Positions 42,441 through 57,259 of a stretch of 64,000 bases of DNA are shown in pieces (positions within the stretch are counted from its first letter, which is position 1; every line of letters starts with the position of its first letter). The notes beneath the pieces are model-generated. The model saw only the letters and a list, made by a program, of their open reading frames with translations, did no database searches and had not been told where the DNA came from. Source of the stretch: Eledone cirrhosa (Eukaryota); NCBI GenBank assembly GCA_964016885.1, contig OZ024745.1, positions 77,066,001 to 77,130,000 of the forward strand. Direction: 5' to 3'. The position numbers were made by a program, and so were the translations under genes.

Positions 42441-42481
42441 TATATATATATATATATATATATAGTAATATATATATATAT

Positions 42482-42532
42482 ATTCGTATAGAATAAAGGC
42501 CAGAGCTACATCTGCCATTTGTGACGCATGGC

Positions 42533-42563
<31 letters not shown>

Positions 42564-42887
42564 TATATATATCTATAAGTCGTTTGGAAGCCTCGACATT
42601 GCAAATGGGTAAATCTCCGAGTAACAAGGTCCGGTGGTGGAGAGAGAGATGTAAGTGGGTGTACGTTGAGATGCGTGGTGTGTATAAGATGTGTGAGATG
42701 TGTAGAATGGAGGGAAGAGTAAAAGGATAAAAATAAAAATAACAACACAAGAGAGAGTTACCTTGGGAGAGATTTAATAGTCCCTATATATTTCGGATTC
42801 ACATCCATCAACTGGGGTTTTTTCCGGGGTGAGGGAAAAGGTTGTCTGTCGGACAAGTCCGGAAGGCGTCTTTCGCTGTTTGCTGAT

Positions 42888-42970
<83 letters not shown>

Positions 42971-43159
42971 CACGTTGGAGCAGTCTCCGTTACATATTTA
43001 TATATATAACATGCTCACAGAATACATGAAAAAAACATTAAAATAAATTATTTAACATTTGTTTGTTATACCAATCGAAGCTGGTTATATTTAATGCAGC
43101 AATTATAAAAATATTCATTCTGTCGCATTAAATAGTCTTTAAATATACTTCTGTGTTTT

Positions 43160-43257
<98 letters not shown>

Positions 43258-43325
43258 TGTGTGTGTGTGTGTGTGCCACGCGTCACAAATGGCAGATGTA
43301 GCTCTGGCCTTTATTCTATACGAAT
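42482..43325. repeat. 51-bp inverted repeats about 740 bp apart, each abutting (CA)/(TG)n
   Basis: ATTCGTATAGAATAAAGGCCAGAGCTACATCTGCCATTTGTGACGCATGGCA versus its reverse complement at 43274-43325 (one mismatch seen). Confidence 0.85.
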
Positions 43326-44089
43326 CAGATTGGGATTTGTGTGTCATTTTGAGTGTTGCATGATAATGCTAAAATGTCAATTTCGAAACTGCCGATGAAA
43401 TGTATATCCTGTCCATCAGTATACAAAATAAACTAGGATATAATTATATTAACACTAAGTTAGACGAAATGGCCGTATTCACATTACTACATTAATCTAG
43501 TGTCTGGAGGGCTAAGACGGAAGCCATGAAAAAGATTGTCTGCCTCTCTTGTATTTTAAAAGGAACTCCCCTATCCCACCACAGCATCTTAAGAGCAGAC
43601 TTGTTTTATTGTAGGAAATTTATTTTAGAGGCTCTGCCTCTGATGGTGTTTTTATTTTACGGTAGTTACTGTGTTGTTTCTGGTACATGACATTCTGTTT
43701 AAATTTTAAAATACTTTTACAATTCTTGGTCATAAAAGTATTTTTACAATTCTTGTTTGTAGAAGGAGTTTATCGTTTCATACCCTTTGATTAACTAGAC
43801 GGTCACGATACAATGTTTTAAGTTGTTATAGAAGTTTGTTTTACGGGTTTCACTTTGAAGCTCCTCACGTCACCTATGCTTTATCGAACCCCTCATGCTC
43901 CGCACTAGCCCATACACCCGTTAATTTCTCCCAAGAATATCGACTATCAAGAATTTCATTGATGTTCATGACTTTCCTGCAGGTATCGAATTGCCATAGT
44001 TTGCGCAAAGCGTTAAGTATATCAGTCTCCCGAGTCTCCGAGGCCCTGTAAAGGCTATAGGCAGAGTCCATTCCTCCAGATCCAACAAA

Positions 44090-44300
44090 TAAAAAAATAT
44101 ATATATCTTGATATCTTCTTACCAAAACATCTCTGTAAGGAAGTGGAGAAACTGACAAATATATGAATCTTGAAATTGGAATTAGCAGCATGTGGGCTAC
44201 GAAAGTGAAAACAATACCAATAATAATTGGAAGTAGACAACATAATCTACACAGTACATACTCTACAAAACCATCCTCCAAACTAAAACACATAACATTT
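44090..44300 (+). pseudogene. Decayed C-terminus of an RLE-type non-LTR element
   Basis: DKYMNLEIGISSMWATKVKTIPIIIGS matches the KY.DL..EI.RMW..K...IPIIIG motif. Confidence 0.55.
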
Positions 44301-46638
44301 ATAGAGAACATACGAAACATAATAGTCAGCAAATAGAGTGAGTCTCTTATATCTAGTAGAAATAGCAACGAAATCGTTCTCCAACACGGAAAGGCACAAT
44401 GGATAATGTAGTCCTATACATGCTAGCTTTAAAACCTCATTAATTGCTCATAATTGGAATGGCTAAACAACAACAACACATCTCACAGTGCACATGCTCA
44501 ACACAACAGACGAAACACTAAAATATCAACAGAAAATAAAAATCCAAAAACAAAGAGAAACTGATATGTTATTCAAATGCTTTTATATCCCCAAAAGGCA
44601 TTGTTGCACACTTACACACGTTCGCATACATTATGCGCATGTCAACACATCACTTACACTTATATATCAAGCATAGATAGAAGTACTAGCATACATAAAT
44701 ACAAATAAACATACATACATACAAATAAACATACATACATATATACATACAAATAAACATACATATATACATACATGTATACATACAAACATACACGCAC
44801 ACATGTATAAACATACATGTACACATATATTCATACATGGGCGTATATTAATGAAATTAAGCAACCTTACAATTGCATTGTTCATAAATATCAAGGAATC
44901 GGTCGACTGCTGTTCACATAAAAAAGATTACTAAACACTAATATAAAAGATTTATTCAACAGCGATGCAAGTGTGTAGTAAACTTGAATGCACTCAAAGA
45001 AACTCTGTTCTTATTGAGTATTCTGACTGAAAGAAACGCATGAAAATTCATTAAGCCAATAATATTGATTTATTTAGAGCAAAATTAGTAAAGTGATAGA
45101 CAAAATGTCTAGTAGCATTTTGCAATGTGTTCAAATCTCATTAGATTCGACAAGGTTTCTTATCGTGCTGTGGTCAGAAGATTCGACCTAATACCACTTA
45201 TATTCAAGGCTTTGTGTTGGTTATTTCAAGGACGTAATCAATTAAAATTAAATATATTTGCTTCGTTCAGGAACCACTAAAATGTTTGGCATATAGTGTT
45301 CGCCAAAATTCTTGGACTAATACGATAACCACTCCTCCCCCCTCTTATACATAAGAAATACAGGTGTGTGGCTTGTGGGAGTTGCATGTCTTTATACAAA
45401 TATCAGTAGCACAAGTTGATTAAAGTGGCTCAATTGGGATATTGAAATCACCTTTGCAGAGAACTGAAAATATTTTGTCCAGTCCTTTATATTCACTTTA
45501 CATTCATGAAAAAAAAAACTGAAGTAGAGGTTAACACCGCCCAACAAAGGGTAGATAATTGACATTTAGAAACCGTTACACGCGTTTGGTTTGCTCGTTG
45601 AAGCTATTCCCTACTACTTTGGTTGCTTAAATTTTGGAAAACATAAATGTCATGAATTCCCAATCCGCAGGGACTTATGATATGAGACGCATTGGCCAAG
45701 TCATGAAAATTGTAGATTAAAGCGATTTTAAAGCTTACGTTAATGTACTTACAAAAATATGAATCTAACACAAACTAAATCGTACTTATTTTGTGAGAGC
45801 TACAAAATAGGATGAGTGCAGTGGAGGTCAAATTTGAACCCGATTTCTAATTATTTGTTAAAACATTTATTTTGACTCGGAACAGAAAAAAAAAACAGGT
45901 GCCAAAGAAAGCCAATATACATTTGTGTTAGCAAAAATGTCTACAGTGTACTGAAAGATATACATTATTTAGCTTTGTCCTATATTGGCATCAGATCGAT
46001 CAAATTAATATTAGTTAACATATTGAGGTCTAGTGCACCTTTATCTTTCAACAATCGGCCTTCTGCTGAAGAAAGAAGAAAACAAAATTATCATATTACC
46101 ATCTAACGCAGATATACTGTAAGCTGCTGTTTGGCTTGTTTGTCTTTTTTTACTCTTCATTCGGTCTCTATAATCGAAGTAAACTAAGCGGCTGATCTAC
46201 TTTCATAACACCAATGCGTGTCTTTGCTGTCGTCACATGCTATTGTTTGGATCGAGTCTTTTTTCTTTATTCTTTCGTAGTTGTTTTTATTCTATATCTT
46301 TCTTTTTTTTTTGCTTAAATTATTTTTGTTATTTTGTTGCATATTCATATTTATACTTTGTTGGATATTTTTTACTTTTGTTGCTACTGCTGTGTTAGTT
46401 TGTTTATGCGTTTTATGAGTATCCAAACAATGTAATTATATTTTTAGAACATGCTTAGTGGAGATTATAAAGCAATGATGTATAGGTGACGTAAGCAACC
46501 TCGGATTTATTACTATGGACCCCCCTCCGACTCTATATCCACCTTTATCTCATTCTCTATTTCATATTCTCTTTTAATAACTTTTCGTGTCTTTCTATTA
46601 CTTTCCATCCTTCAATCATCCTCCTCTCTCATTCTCTT

Positions 46639-46670
<32 letters not shown>

Positions 46671-46807
46671 AATATATATATATATTGTACGAGAGTGTTG
46701 TTTATCTTAGTTGTTACGTAGTAACTTCCTAGCGATCCAAAGCACTACACGTCAGTAGTTTATCCCAGGTAGGTAGTTAATCCCGTCTTAACTACCATTA
46801 TTTGATA

Positions 46808-46986
46808 TTGGCAGTATCGGTAGAGGGTTGGACCTGCTTTCCAGCATAGTTACGTCCCTTTACGATCTGATTTCAAATCCCGCCGAGGTTAACTTTGCCT
46901 TTCATCCTTACGGGGTCGATAAAATAAAGTACCAGTAATGTACTGGGATAATTACTGGCCTTGTGCCAAAAGTAGAAACAATTATT
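46808..46986 (+). mobile_element. tRNA-derived SINE, same family as 17355
   Basis: Head, core and GTAGAAACAATTATT tail are all present. Confidence 0.88.
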
Positions 46987-47019
46987 TGATATATATATAT
47001 ATATATAGATATATATATA

Positions 47020-47177
47020 GTGACGAAACAAGTCAATTGCATGAACTCATAATCCTTTATTTACTGCTATATATATTTGGATGATAGCTATTGAGTGGCT
47101 ATGACCTCATCAGGCAGTTAGTCAGTTCTTAGATATGCCAGCTCTGTGTTTATGGTGTTGATGGTATCAGAGCCTTG

Positions 47178-47276
<99 letters not shown>

Positions 47277-47447
47277 AATATATATATGTATATATATATT
47301 TAATAAAGAAGGTGTGATAAGATACTAGGTGGACCATAACGCAGCAGAGTACTCGATACTTAGGGTAGTAGAGTGGGGTCCTGACTCTTTTCCTATATAT
47401 ATATATGAAAAGAGTCGGGACCCCGACGGCTGAGCTCCGGCCGTTTG

Positions 47448-47482
<35 letters not shown>

Positions 47483-47735
47483 ATTCAGATATGTAATGCA
47501 CACACAGATATATATATATTTATATGTATATATATATATATATACATACCTACAAATTTATATACATAGTGACGAAACATAAGTCAATTGCATGAACACA
47601 TAATCCTTTATTTACTGCTATATATATTTCGATGATAGCCATTGAATGGCTATGACCTCATCAGGCAGTTAGTCAGTTCTTAGATATGCCAGCTCTGTGT
47701 TTATAGTGTTGATGGTATCAGAGCCTTGGGACATA
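47020..47735 (-). mobile_element. Two direct copies of an HHR-bearing unit of about 165 bp, separated by TA tracts and family C pieces
   Basis: 47020-47183 matches 47569-47735. Family C pieces are at 47302-47446. Confidence 0.8.
47614..47669 (-). ncRNA. Minimal type I hammerhead ribozyme, intact core
   Basis: ACTGC CTGATGA GGTCATAGCCA TTCAA TGGCTATCATC GAAA TATATA TA GCAGT. The sister copy at 47063-47118 has GAAA changed to CAAA. Confidence 0.8.
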
Positions 47736-47781
47736 TTTATATACATATAAAGTTATATAGATATATACACACACACGCACA

Positions 47782-47867
<86 letters not shown>

Positions 47868-48527
47868 ATATAAACAGTTTCACAAGTTTTAGAATTTGCA
47901 TGGGGCCATTCTGAGGAACCACATTCAAGGATCGTATTTACCCGATTACTTTGTTCAGTCTGGTACTTATTTTATCGGTCTGGTTTGTATCTAGGTCTGC
48001 ATCTTAGAATGTGTCCATCCTTTGTTAAGACCATGCATTATGATTTGAGGTAAAATTGGTAATACAAACTACAGATTAACCTATGTGAGTCAAGAATGTT
48101 TGTCAATCAGTAAAATAGTTTTCTTTTGAATGCAGTCTAAGAAATCTCTGTTTGAAGTATAGTAACAGTTGTATCTTCCAGAAGCATAAGCAAAATGAAT
48201 TAAAGTGAAGACTGATTAACTGAGGAATCGTGTTGAAGTTTGCATTGGTGGGTGAATAATAAATATCTGCTCTTCCAGCACTTCTCCTTCACTATCCTCC
48301 GGAGAAAACGCCTTCTATATTCTGCGAAGCAGCCAGTGCGTGGGCCTAATTTGCTCATAATAGTGAGAGATGGGGGAGAGCGGGAGAGACAGAGGCAGTG
48401 ACGGTGACAGTGGGAGTTTGATTCCTTTGTGTTCAGACCTGGCGTATATGTATATGCTTCACGGACATTACCTACGTGAAAGAATCTAGCAGAGAGATTC
48501 TTCTTTGAAGAGGTCGAAAGTTCATAT

Positions 48528-48570
<43 letters not shown>

Positions 48571-48607
48571 TGATTTCTTTATTAACCACAAAATAATAAT
48601 AAGAATA

Positions 48608-48789
48608 ATTGTTTCTACTTTTGGCACAGGACCAGCAATTATCCCAGTGTATTACTGGTACTTTATTTTATCGACCTCGTAAGGATGAAAGGGAAAGTTA
48701 ACCTCGGCGGGATTTGAACTCAGATCATAAAGGACCGTAATTCTATGCTGCAAAGCATGGCGTCCGACCCTCTACCGATACTGCCAATC
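48608..48789 (-). mobile_element. tRNA-derived SINE, same family as 17355
   Basis: Near-identical to 27133-27313. Confidence 0.88.
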
Positions 48790-49093
48790 TGCTCTATAGT
48801 ATTCATATTGGTTTGTTACAGAAGCACAAGGCCAGTTGTTAATTGACTTCAGTATATTACTGATACTAATTATATCGTTCCGGTGGAAAGGGGACTTTAG
48901 CAGAATGTAGACTTGGTCAAGACAGGGTTGAACGTAGAAGGTACATAACGATCAAATCAAATTCAATATGGTCATGGGTGAAACAGTTTAGCGTTATTCT
49001 TCATCACCACATATATATCATTATTGGTTCTGCTTTTATAGAAATATCGTTTTTCTTTTTCTCCCGAGCACCGGTATATGTATATATATATAT

Positions 49094-49313
49094 TTTTTTT
49101 TTTACTGTCGGTCGACTTTCGTCAAATCGGACCAAGGAAACAATGTTTCCGTTGGTCTTTCCAATTCGCAACTCTTCGCAACTCCAGGTAGAAGGAGCAA
49201 CGTGAAAATAAAGTGTCTTGCTCAAGGACATAACGCATCGCCCGGTCCGCGAATCGAACTCACAACCTCACGATTGCGAATCCAATTCTCTATCCACTCA
49301 GCCACACGCCTTC
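49094..49313 (-). mobile_element. tRNA-derived SINE with V-domain-like core
   Basis: Minus strand: A box TGGCTGAGTGG, B box GAGTTCGATTC, then GTCCTTGAGCAAGACACTT. Confidence 0.75.
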
Positions 49314-49393
49314 ACAGTCGATCGTTCCTTATATATACATACATATATATATATATGAAAGCAACGATTCTTTGCTTAAACTTTAATCTGTTA

Positions 49394-49651
<258 letters not shown>

Positions 49652-49654
49652 CAT

Positions 49655-50753
49655 GGTGGCTGCCAACTCGTTTTCGAGTACGGCCACTACTTTATATCCA
49701 TGTAGGAGAACCCCTACCGATGCGCTGAACGAGTGTGACTTTTCAGTCCAGCCAGCGACTTGAAAACTCTAGTACAAACACTACACCTGTGACAATGATT
49801 GACACACAGTGCTGGGCCCATGGTACCATGTGACGACAAGTGCAGAGAGATCTCCAGATATAAAGCAATGCCTGTGCCGTGAAGCTTTTATAGTGAGCAA
49901 AGGCACTGCACAAAGCCAGTCCCACTCTCTTAACCAAGATGATATTTACCAAAAAGAAGAACAAGTCAACATCATTGGATACCATCAGGGTTGCAGGTGT
50001 TATATCAGAGTTTTCCTTCTCCTAGAATTCTGCCTTGACAAAGGCTAAGGGGTCATCTCTCCCGGTGATACATATACATACATATACATACATACATACA
50101 TATATATATACATACATACATATATACATACATATATATATACATGGTGGCTGCCAACTCGTCTTCGAGTACAGCCACTACTTTATATCCATGTAGGAGA
50201 ACCCCTACCGATGCGCTGAACGAGTGTGACTTTTTAGTCCAGCCAGCGACTTGAAAACTCTGGTGCAAACACTACACTTGTGACAATCATTGACACATAG
50301 TGCTGGGCCCATGGTACCATGTGACGACAAGTGCAGAGAGATCTCCAGATATAAAGCAATGCCTGTGCCGTGAAGCTTTTATAGTGAGCAAAGGCACTAC
50401 ACAAAGCCAGTCCCACTCTCTTAACCAAGATGATATTTACCAAAAAGAAGAACAAGTCAACATCATTGGATACCATCAGGGTTGCAGGTGTTATATCAGA
50501 GTTTTCCTTCTCCTAGAATTCTGCCTTGACAAAGGCTAAGGGGTCATCTCTCCCAGTGATTTTGGATGGCCATTGACTCTTAAGAGCTCCTTTGCCCTTT
50601 GACAGGTTTTGTTTTTAGTCCTGCAGGATGTCCAAAGTCACCCTCCTCACTAAGAAACCTTGGTGGGGTTGCCAGTTTAGTCGCCAACGACCCGACCATG
50701 AGACAGGTTGTACTGGGATACATGTTACCAGTAGCACCAAGTGGTGACCTGAC
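49655..50753 (-). mobile_element. Family E tandem: full copy at 50146-50753 plus 5'-truncated copy at 49655-50069
   Basis: Near-identical sequence offset by 491 bp and separated by TACA/TA repeats. Encodes [25 protein letters not shown] near the 3' end. Confidence 0.85.
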
Positions 50754-50762
50754 ATACATACA

Positions 50763-50798
<36 letters not shown>

Positions 50799-51014
50799 CA
50801 AATGGAAGTACAGCATATTTGAAGCTCGAGTCGCAGCTAAGCCGACGAATGCATTCAGAAGTGCAGCCAAGCACTCGATAAGGTATAAAACCTTAGAGTA
50901 ATAACATACAATTTAAAGGGCTTTGCAAATTGAAGATAGCGACCAGTAATTCAGCCGCAGGGACCGTAGCAACGAAAGAACCGACTCGTGAGAAAAAATA
51001 CATACACATATATA

Positions 51015-51092
<78 letters not shown>

Positions 51093-51119
51093 TGTGTGTG
51101 TCTGTGTGTGTGTGTGTGT

Positions 51120-51160
<41 letters not shown>

Positions 51161-51165
51161 TGTGT

Positions 51166-51218
<53 letters not shown>

Positions 51219-51367
51219 GATAGCTATAAATAATATTAATTAGAGTATGTGTTAGTTTACCACCGACACGTTAGTATGCAGGGTAGATGCAGATTATCAA
51301 ATATATATAACAGCGACTATGTATAAACGAAGTGAATTATATATAACCTGTTGACTTGTACTTCATG

Positions 51368-51402
<35 letters not shown>

Positions 51403-51557
51403 TATAGGCAATATGTGTACTAGATATACTATTTATCTTATTTTTCTATATAATTATAAAGTAATGATTATTTGATGTACTATGACATGAAAAACATATC
51501 GTATATATATGGACACACACACACACTTATATAGATATGTAAGTGTGTGTGTACAAG

Positions 51558-51626
<69 letters not shown>

Positions 51627-51659
51627 GTATATATACATATATATATATATATATATACG

Positions 51660-51691
<32 letters not shown>

Positions 51692-51702
51692 CGTATATAT
51701 AC

Positions 51703-51779
<77 letters not shown>

Positions 51780-51883
51780 CGTATATATACGTATATATAC
51801 ATATATATATATATATATATACGTATATATACGTATATATACATATATATATACATATATATATATATATACATATATATACG

Positions 51884-51930
<47 letters not shown>

Positions 51931-52299
51931 CGATCGATCGATCCAGAGAGAGAGAGGGGGGAGAGAGAGAGAGAAAGAAAGAGGGAGACAAAGAAATAAA
52001 AACAGATAAATTTGGATAGATAGTCCAAAATGTATGTCTTTGTGTTAAGTCTCCAAGAAAATTTCATCGTTCAATACTATACCCACTCAGATGATTTATT
52101 TCGGGACTTATTATCTGGTTACCACAGTCTATGCTGAAATCCTTCTTTCAATAAATTCAATAAATCCTATTATTCTACATTAATTACTTTTTACTTTTTT
52201 ATGCGCATACATATTACACACACAAACTCACTCCACATATATGTCTATAATGCATACATTCACACACATATCGCTCTATATATATGCATGAGTGTGTGC

Positions 52300-52339
<40 letters not shown>

Positions 52340-52405
52340 ATATATATGTATATATATATGTATATATATATATTTATATACATATATATATCCATATATA
52401 TAAAC

Positions 52406-52468
<63 letters not shown>

Positions 52469-52564
52469 TATATGTATAAACATATGTATATATGTATATA
52501 TATATATAAACATATGTATATATATATATATATAAACATATATATATATATATGTATAAACATA

Positions 52565-52596
<32 letters not shown>

Positions 52597-52625
52597 CATA
52601 TATAAATACATATATAGGTATAAAC

Positions 52626-52724
<99 letters not shown>

Positions 52725-52766
52725 CATATATATGTTTATATATATATATATATAAACATATATATG

Positions 52767-52820
<54 letters not shown>

Positions 52821-53394
52821 TGCGTGCGTGCATTCATGCGTGTGTGGGTGTGTGTGTGTGTGTGTGTACATTTCTACACAGATATCTATCAGATACATAT
52901 ATTGCAATATTGCATACATACATACACAACATACATACATAACATACACAACATACATACATACATACATAACATACATACACACATACATACATACATA
53001 ACATACATACACACATACATACATAGATACAAACATAACATACATATATTACATACATAGAGGCATACAACAATACGTACGCATATACATCACACACGTA
53101 TACATATATATCCGCTCTGTCATTATTAGTTATCTATTATATTTATACTCTGTTCTATTTCTAGATGTTTATTATTTTTCAATCGTCTTCAGACGAATAC
53201 TGATATTTCCTTTCAACGCTTCGATTCTTGCATCAGTGCATCGACAGAAAGATTTCAATCAGCAGCTATTTCATTGACCCAGTTTATAAATGCATACATG
53301 TAGATATTTACATATATATATATGTGTATATGATTTGTATGCATGTGAATCTGTGTATACATGTAAATGTACACACAGACACACATATATATAT

Positions 53395-53514
<120 letters not shown>

Positions 53515-53527
53515 GGGAGTATGAGAG

Positions 53528-53590
<63 letters not shown>

Positions 53591-53743
53591 CAGTGAGTTA
53601 GATAGATAAATAGATAAATTGATAGATAGATAGATGGTTGGTGAGGACTGCAATTTAGCGAAAAAATATCGAGAAAGAGAAGAGAAACTCCGAGTAGCGA
53701 CATATAGAATAAGTTTTCAATAATCTATATCAATCTATTTATC

Positions 53744-53824
<81 letters not shown>

Positions 53825-55231
53825 CATATATATATATATGCAGATTTATATACATACAGATTGTTGTCTGGCAGCATGCAGTCGAACGGACGAAAGAAAC
53901 AATGGTAAACTCCAACGACTTAGTAAGTTGCCAGTCGCCAATCTGTTTACGATGTTTAATCACCACTCTTCTCCTACAGACATTAGCATTGTATTCTACA
54001 AGCATCCAAAGTCAAAAGGTTCATTACCTCCAGTATTGCATTAAAAGAATGATCATGAATGACTTTTTTCTTTTCGTTTTATTGTTGTTGTTGTTGTTTT
54101 TAATTACACCGCCTTGAATTTTTCGTACAAATTTAGATCTAAAGTAAATTGACTATCATTGTTGAATTCAATATATTGTGCAAAGTATTGGTAAGAAGAC
54201 TAGATGAACAGAATGTGAGCGTCGGTTTCGATTTCGGTGCTAAAACTGAATTCACTTCACTGACATTGCTTGAAATACCATATAAATCAATTCCCTTCTC
54301 ATTTATAAGTTTGAGTGCGAAGATCTATATTGACTCTGTACCGAAGCATTGCAGGGTGGCACAGTACCTCAGTACCTAAATGCTTTGCTTGATATTTTCA
54401 AGTGATGCGTTCAAAAATTGTCCAAAAGTTGTCCAAAATTGTCCAAAAATTTACCCTGTCACCTATTTACTATTTTTCTCGAAACTAAGGTTCAGTAAAG
54501 TAAAGCGGAATGTGTTTAATATAATAGCGGCAGAACCGACGCCTGGGTATTTAGAACCCTAGGCTAGCTTTACATGTGTTCTACCTTCTACCAGTTATGT
54601 GACCCATTCTCCGAATAATAATAATTACAATATTAGATTTTGATGGGCCTAGTTTTTTAAAAAGTCTTAATCTGAAGACACTAAGAAACTTACTAAACCT
54701 GCATTTTCCATTACCCAATCCACATTCACCCATGCCAAATCATACGACATGTTACTATGCCATACGACCTTCTCTACCGCATTACACAGTTCTACAAGGC
54801 TGCTACGCGGCAAAGATGTTTAGTGATTTATTTATTAGTAGCAAGAAAGTATTATATGTTTCAGTCAGTTATATAAATGTGTATAAAACTGTGATATTCA
54901 GTAATGCGCATCTCTAATGGCTGCACCCTTATACCTGCCAAATTAGCCATAATGATAGCACCGGCTCTGAAAAAAAAATTACGTAGACTATGGAAGGGTG
55001 TTTTCCTTTCTTAAATCTTAAATTAAAGTTTATAAACTTAATTACTATCTTTATATTTATATGCACAGAAATTTGTATCACAGCAACTTGTGGTAAGGTT
55101 TCGTTGCTCCAGCAAACAAAATAGCAAATTTGATAACCAAAATAATGGTGAGGAAACATCAATAAAAACTAAATGCTAGCTACGAATGCAATCGCCAAGC
55201 TTTGGGCAACGTCTATTACAAAATTGTTGTG

Positions 55232-55440
55232 GATTGGCAGTATCTGTAGAGCGTCGAACATCATGCTTTGCAGTATAGAGTTACGGTCCTTTACGATCTG
55301 AGTTAAAATCCTGCCGATGTTAACTTTGCCTTTCATCCTTACGGGGTCGATAAATAAAGTACCAGTCACGCACTGGGGACCATTTAATCGACTTTCCCCT
55401 CCCCTTCAAATTGCTGGCCTCGAGCCAAATGTAGAAACCG
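55232..55440 (+). mobile_element. tRNA-derived SINE, longer variant of the 17355 family
   Basis: Core plus the CTGGGGAC..TTTAATCGACTT.CCCCTCCCC segment that is absent from the other copies. Confidence 0.85.
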
Positions 55441-55791
55441 CTATTATTCATATTACTTTAAATGAATTTAAATACTGTATGTTTGTACCGGAGTGGGAAT
55501 AAAATACTATTTTTCAAATCAAGGATTCAAACTTAGCCTGTATAAGTGAGAGTGAATGAGAGAGAATGAGAAAGAGAAAGAGAAAGTGAGAGGGAATAGT
55601 GAAAAGCTTCAAATATACAACAGATCATCCAAATGAAAGATAAAGTTAATATCCGTAAACTTTAAACGTCTAATGTCAATAAAAAGTTAAGAGATAACAC
55701 TTGCAAGAAAGAGATTTCGTATTGACTCTTTCGTGACTGGGATTTATACAAATAAATGCACGTGCATACAAACATACATACATATATGGAT

Positions 55792-55874
<83 letters not shown>

Positions 55875-55939
55875 TACATACATACATACATACATACATA
55901 CATACATACATACATACATACATACATACATACATACAT

Positions 55940-56472
55940 GATGGCTGCCCCCTGGTTATCGAGTATGGCCATTGCACGATATACCATTATTAATAATTAT
56001 TAATTAATTCTATCGTGCAATGCCTGTGCGTGAAGATATTTTTTAAAGTGAGGAAAGACTGTGCACTGAGCCAATCCCACTCTCTGAGCGACAGTAGCTA
56101 TAACCCGAAAAGAAGAAAAGATCAACATCATCAGTAACTACTGAGCCGCAGGTTTTATATCGGAGTTATCCCAGTTTCCTGAGTTGCCTTCTAGAAGAAT
56201 GCCCTGACAAAGGCTAGGGGTCCTTCACTCCCAGTGGTTTAACCACGCGGTACATGTGTATATACATATTTACACACTTTCGGATGGCCGTTGACTCTTA
56301 TGAGTTCTTCCGCCCTTTGTCAGGTTTTGTTTTTTTGTCCTGCAGGGTGTCCAAAATCACCCTCCTCACCAAGTAAACTTGGTGGGGTTGCCGGTTTAGT
56401 CGCCGACGACCCGACGATGCGACAGGTTGCACTGGGTTACATGTTACCAGTAGCACTGAAGAGTGACTCGAC
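55940..56472 (-). mobile_element. Family E diverged subfamily copy
   Basis: Shares CATGTTACCAGTAGCAC, CACCCTCCTCAC and TGACAAAGGCTAG with 50146-50753. It lacks the zinc-finger segment and has (TACA)n on both sides. Confidence 0.75.
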
Positions 56473-56599
56473 ATACATACATACATACATACATACATAC
56501 ATACATACATACATACATACATACATACATACATACATACATACATACATACATACATACATACATACATACATGCATGCATGGATGCATGCATGCTGA

Positions 56600-57220
56600 T
56601 TGCTATTTCTTGTCAGAAAAGTGACATCCTTTCAATGAACATTGCACGCAGGTGACATTTCAAACCCGCTTTTGTTTTGCAGATCCATTCACAGATGTGA
56701 CACTTGAACTGTCTGTCTCCTGGTAAAACCGACTGGAGTATGTCTGTATGTATTTTACCATGTCTGGTCAGTCCACCTGCAGATTTGCAAATTAAACTAC
56801 ATTCTCAGCAAATGTACCGTGGCGGTAGAACCATCTCACAGTTGGCTCAATTTCTCCCTGGCTCGAGTGATTTCAGATGGTTAAAAAAAACAGCTCTTAG
56901 AAGAAATCAGCCACATAGATTGCATCTCAATTACTAGCCGTCTCTTTCAGATCTGTCACGAAGACAAACTCCAGTTCTTCAGGCTATATTGACATCATTT
57001 TTTAATGACTGTATCATTAAAATTATAGTGATATATAGAAAGATGCGTAGCGGGCATTGATTTTTTACAGATCAGATAGAAAATGACTTGGGATTCCGAT
57101 AGCATTGCATTGTGATAATCATTTTTGTTAGACATCCCAACATTTACCTGGTCTGTCCTCACTTGCTAATTCATTTAATTGTTTTCCTTGTAATGGCGAT
57201 CAAATCACATTCAGACCACA
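56600..57220 (-). pseudogene. Decayed 3' end of an RTE-like LINE with two C2H2-like fingers
   Basis: YIC*ECSLICKSAGGLTRHGKIH and FKCHICEWICKTKAGLKCHLRA at 56643-56817, with an upstream DRS motif. Followed on the minus strand by (ATGC)/(ATGT)n. Confidence 0.6.
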
Positions 57221-57259
57221 GTTGCTAGAATGATTTTATAATAAAGATTTTTATGTATA

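Noticed and set aside
49200-49313. tRNA gene (also the B-box-like GTTCGATTCC near 18920)
   Set aside because: A and B boxes are present but no complete cloverleaf is evident. The sequence continues into a SINE body.
56643-56817. Host C2H2 zinc-finger gene exon
   Set aside because: It has an in-frame stop and no TGEKP linkers, and it lies at the 3' end of a decayed RTE-like LINE.
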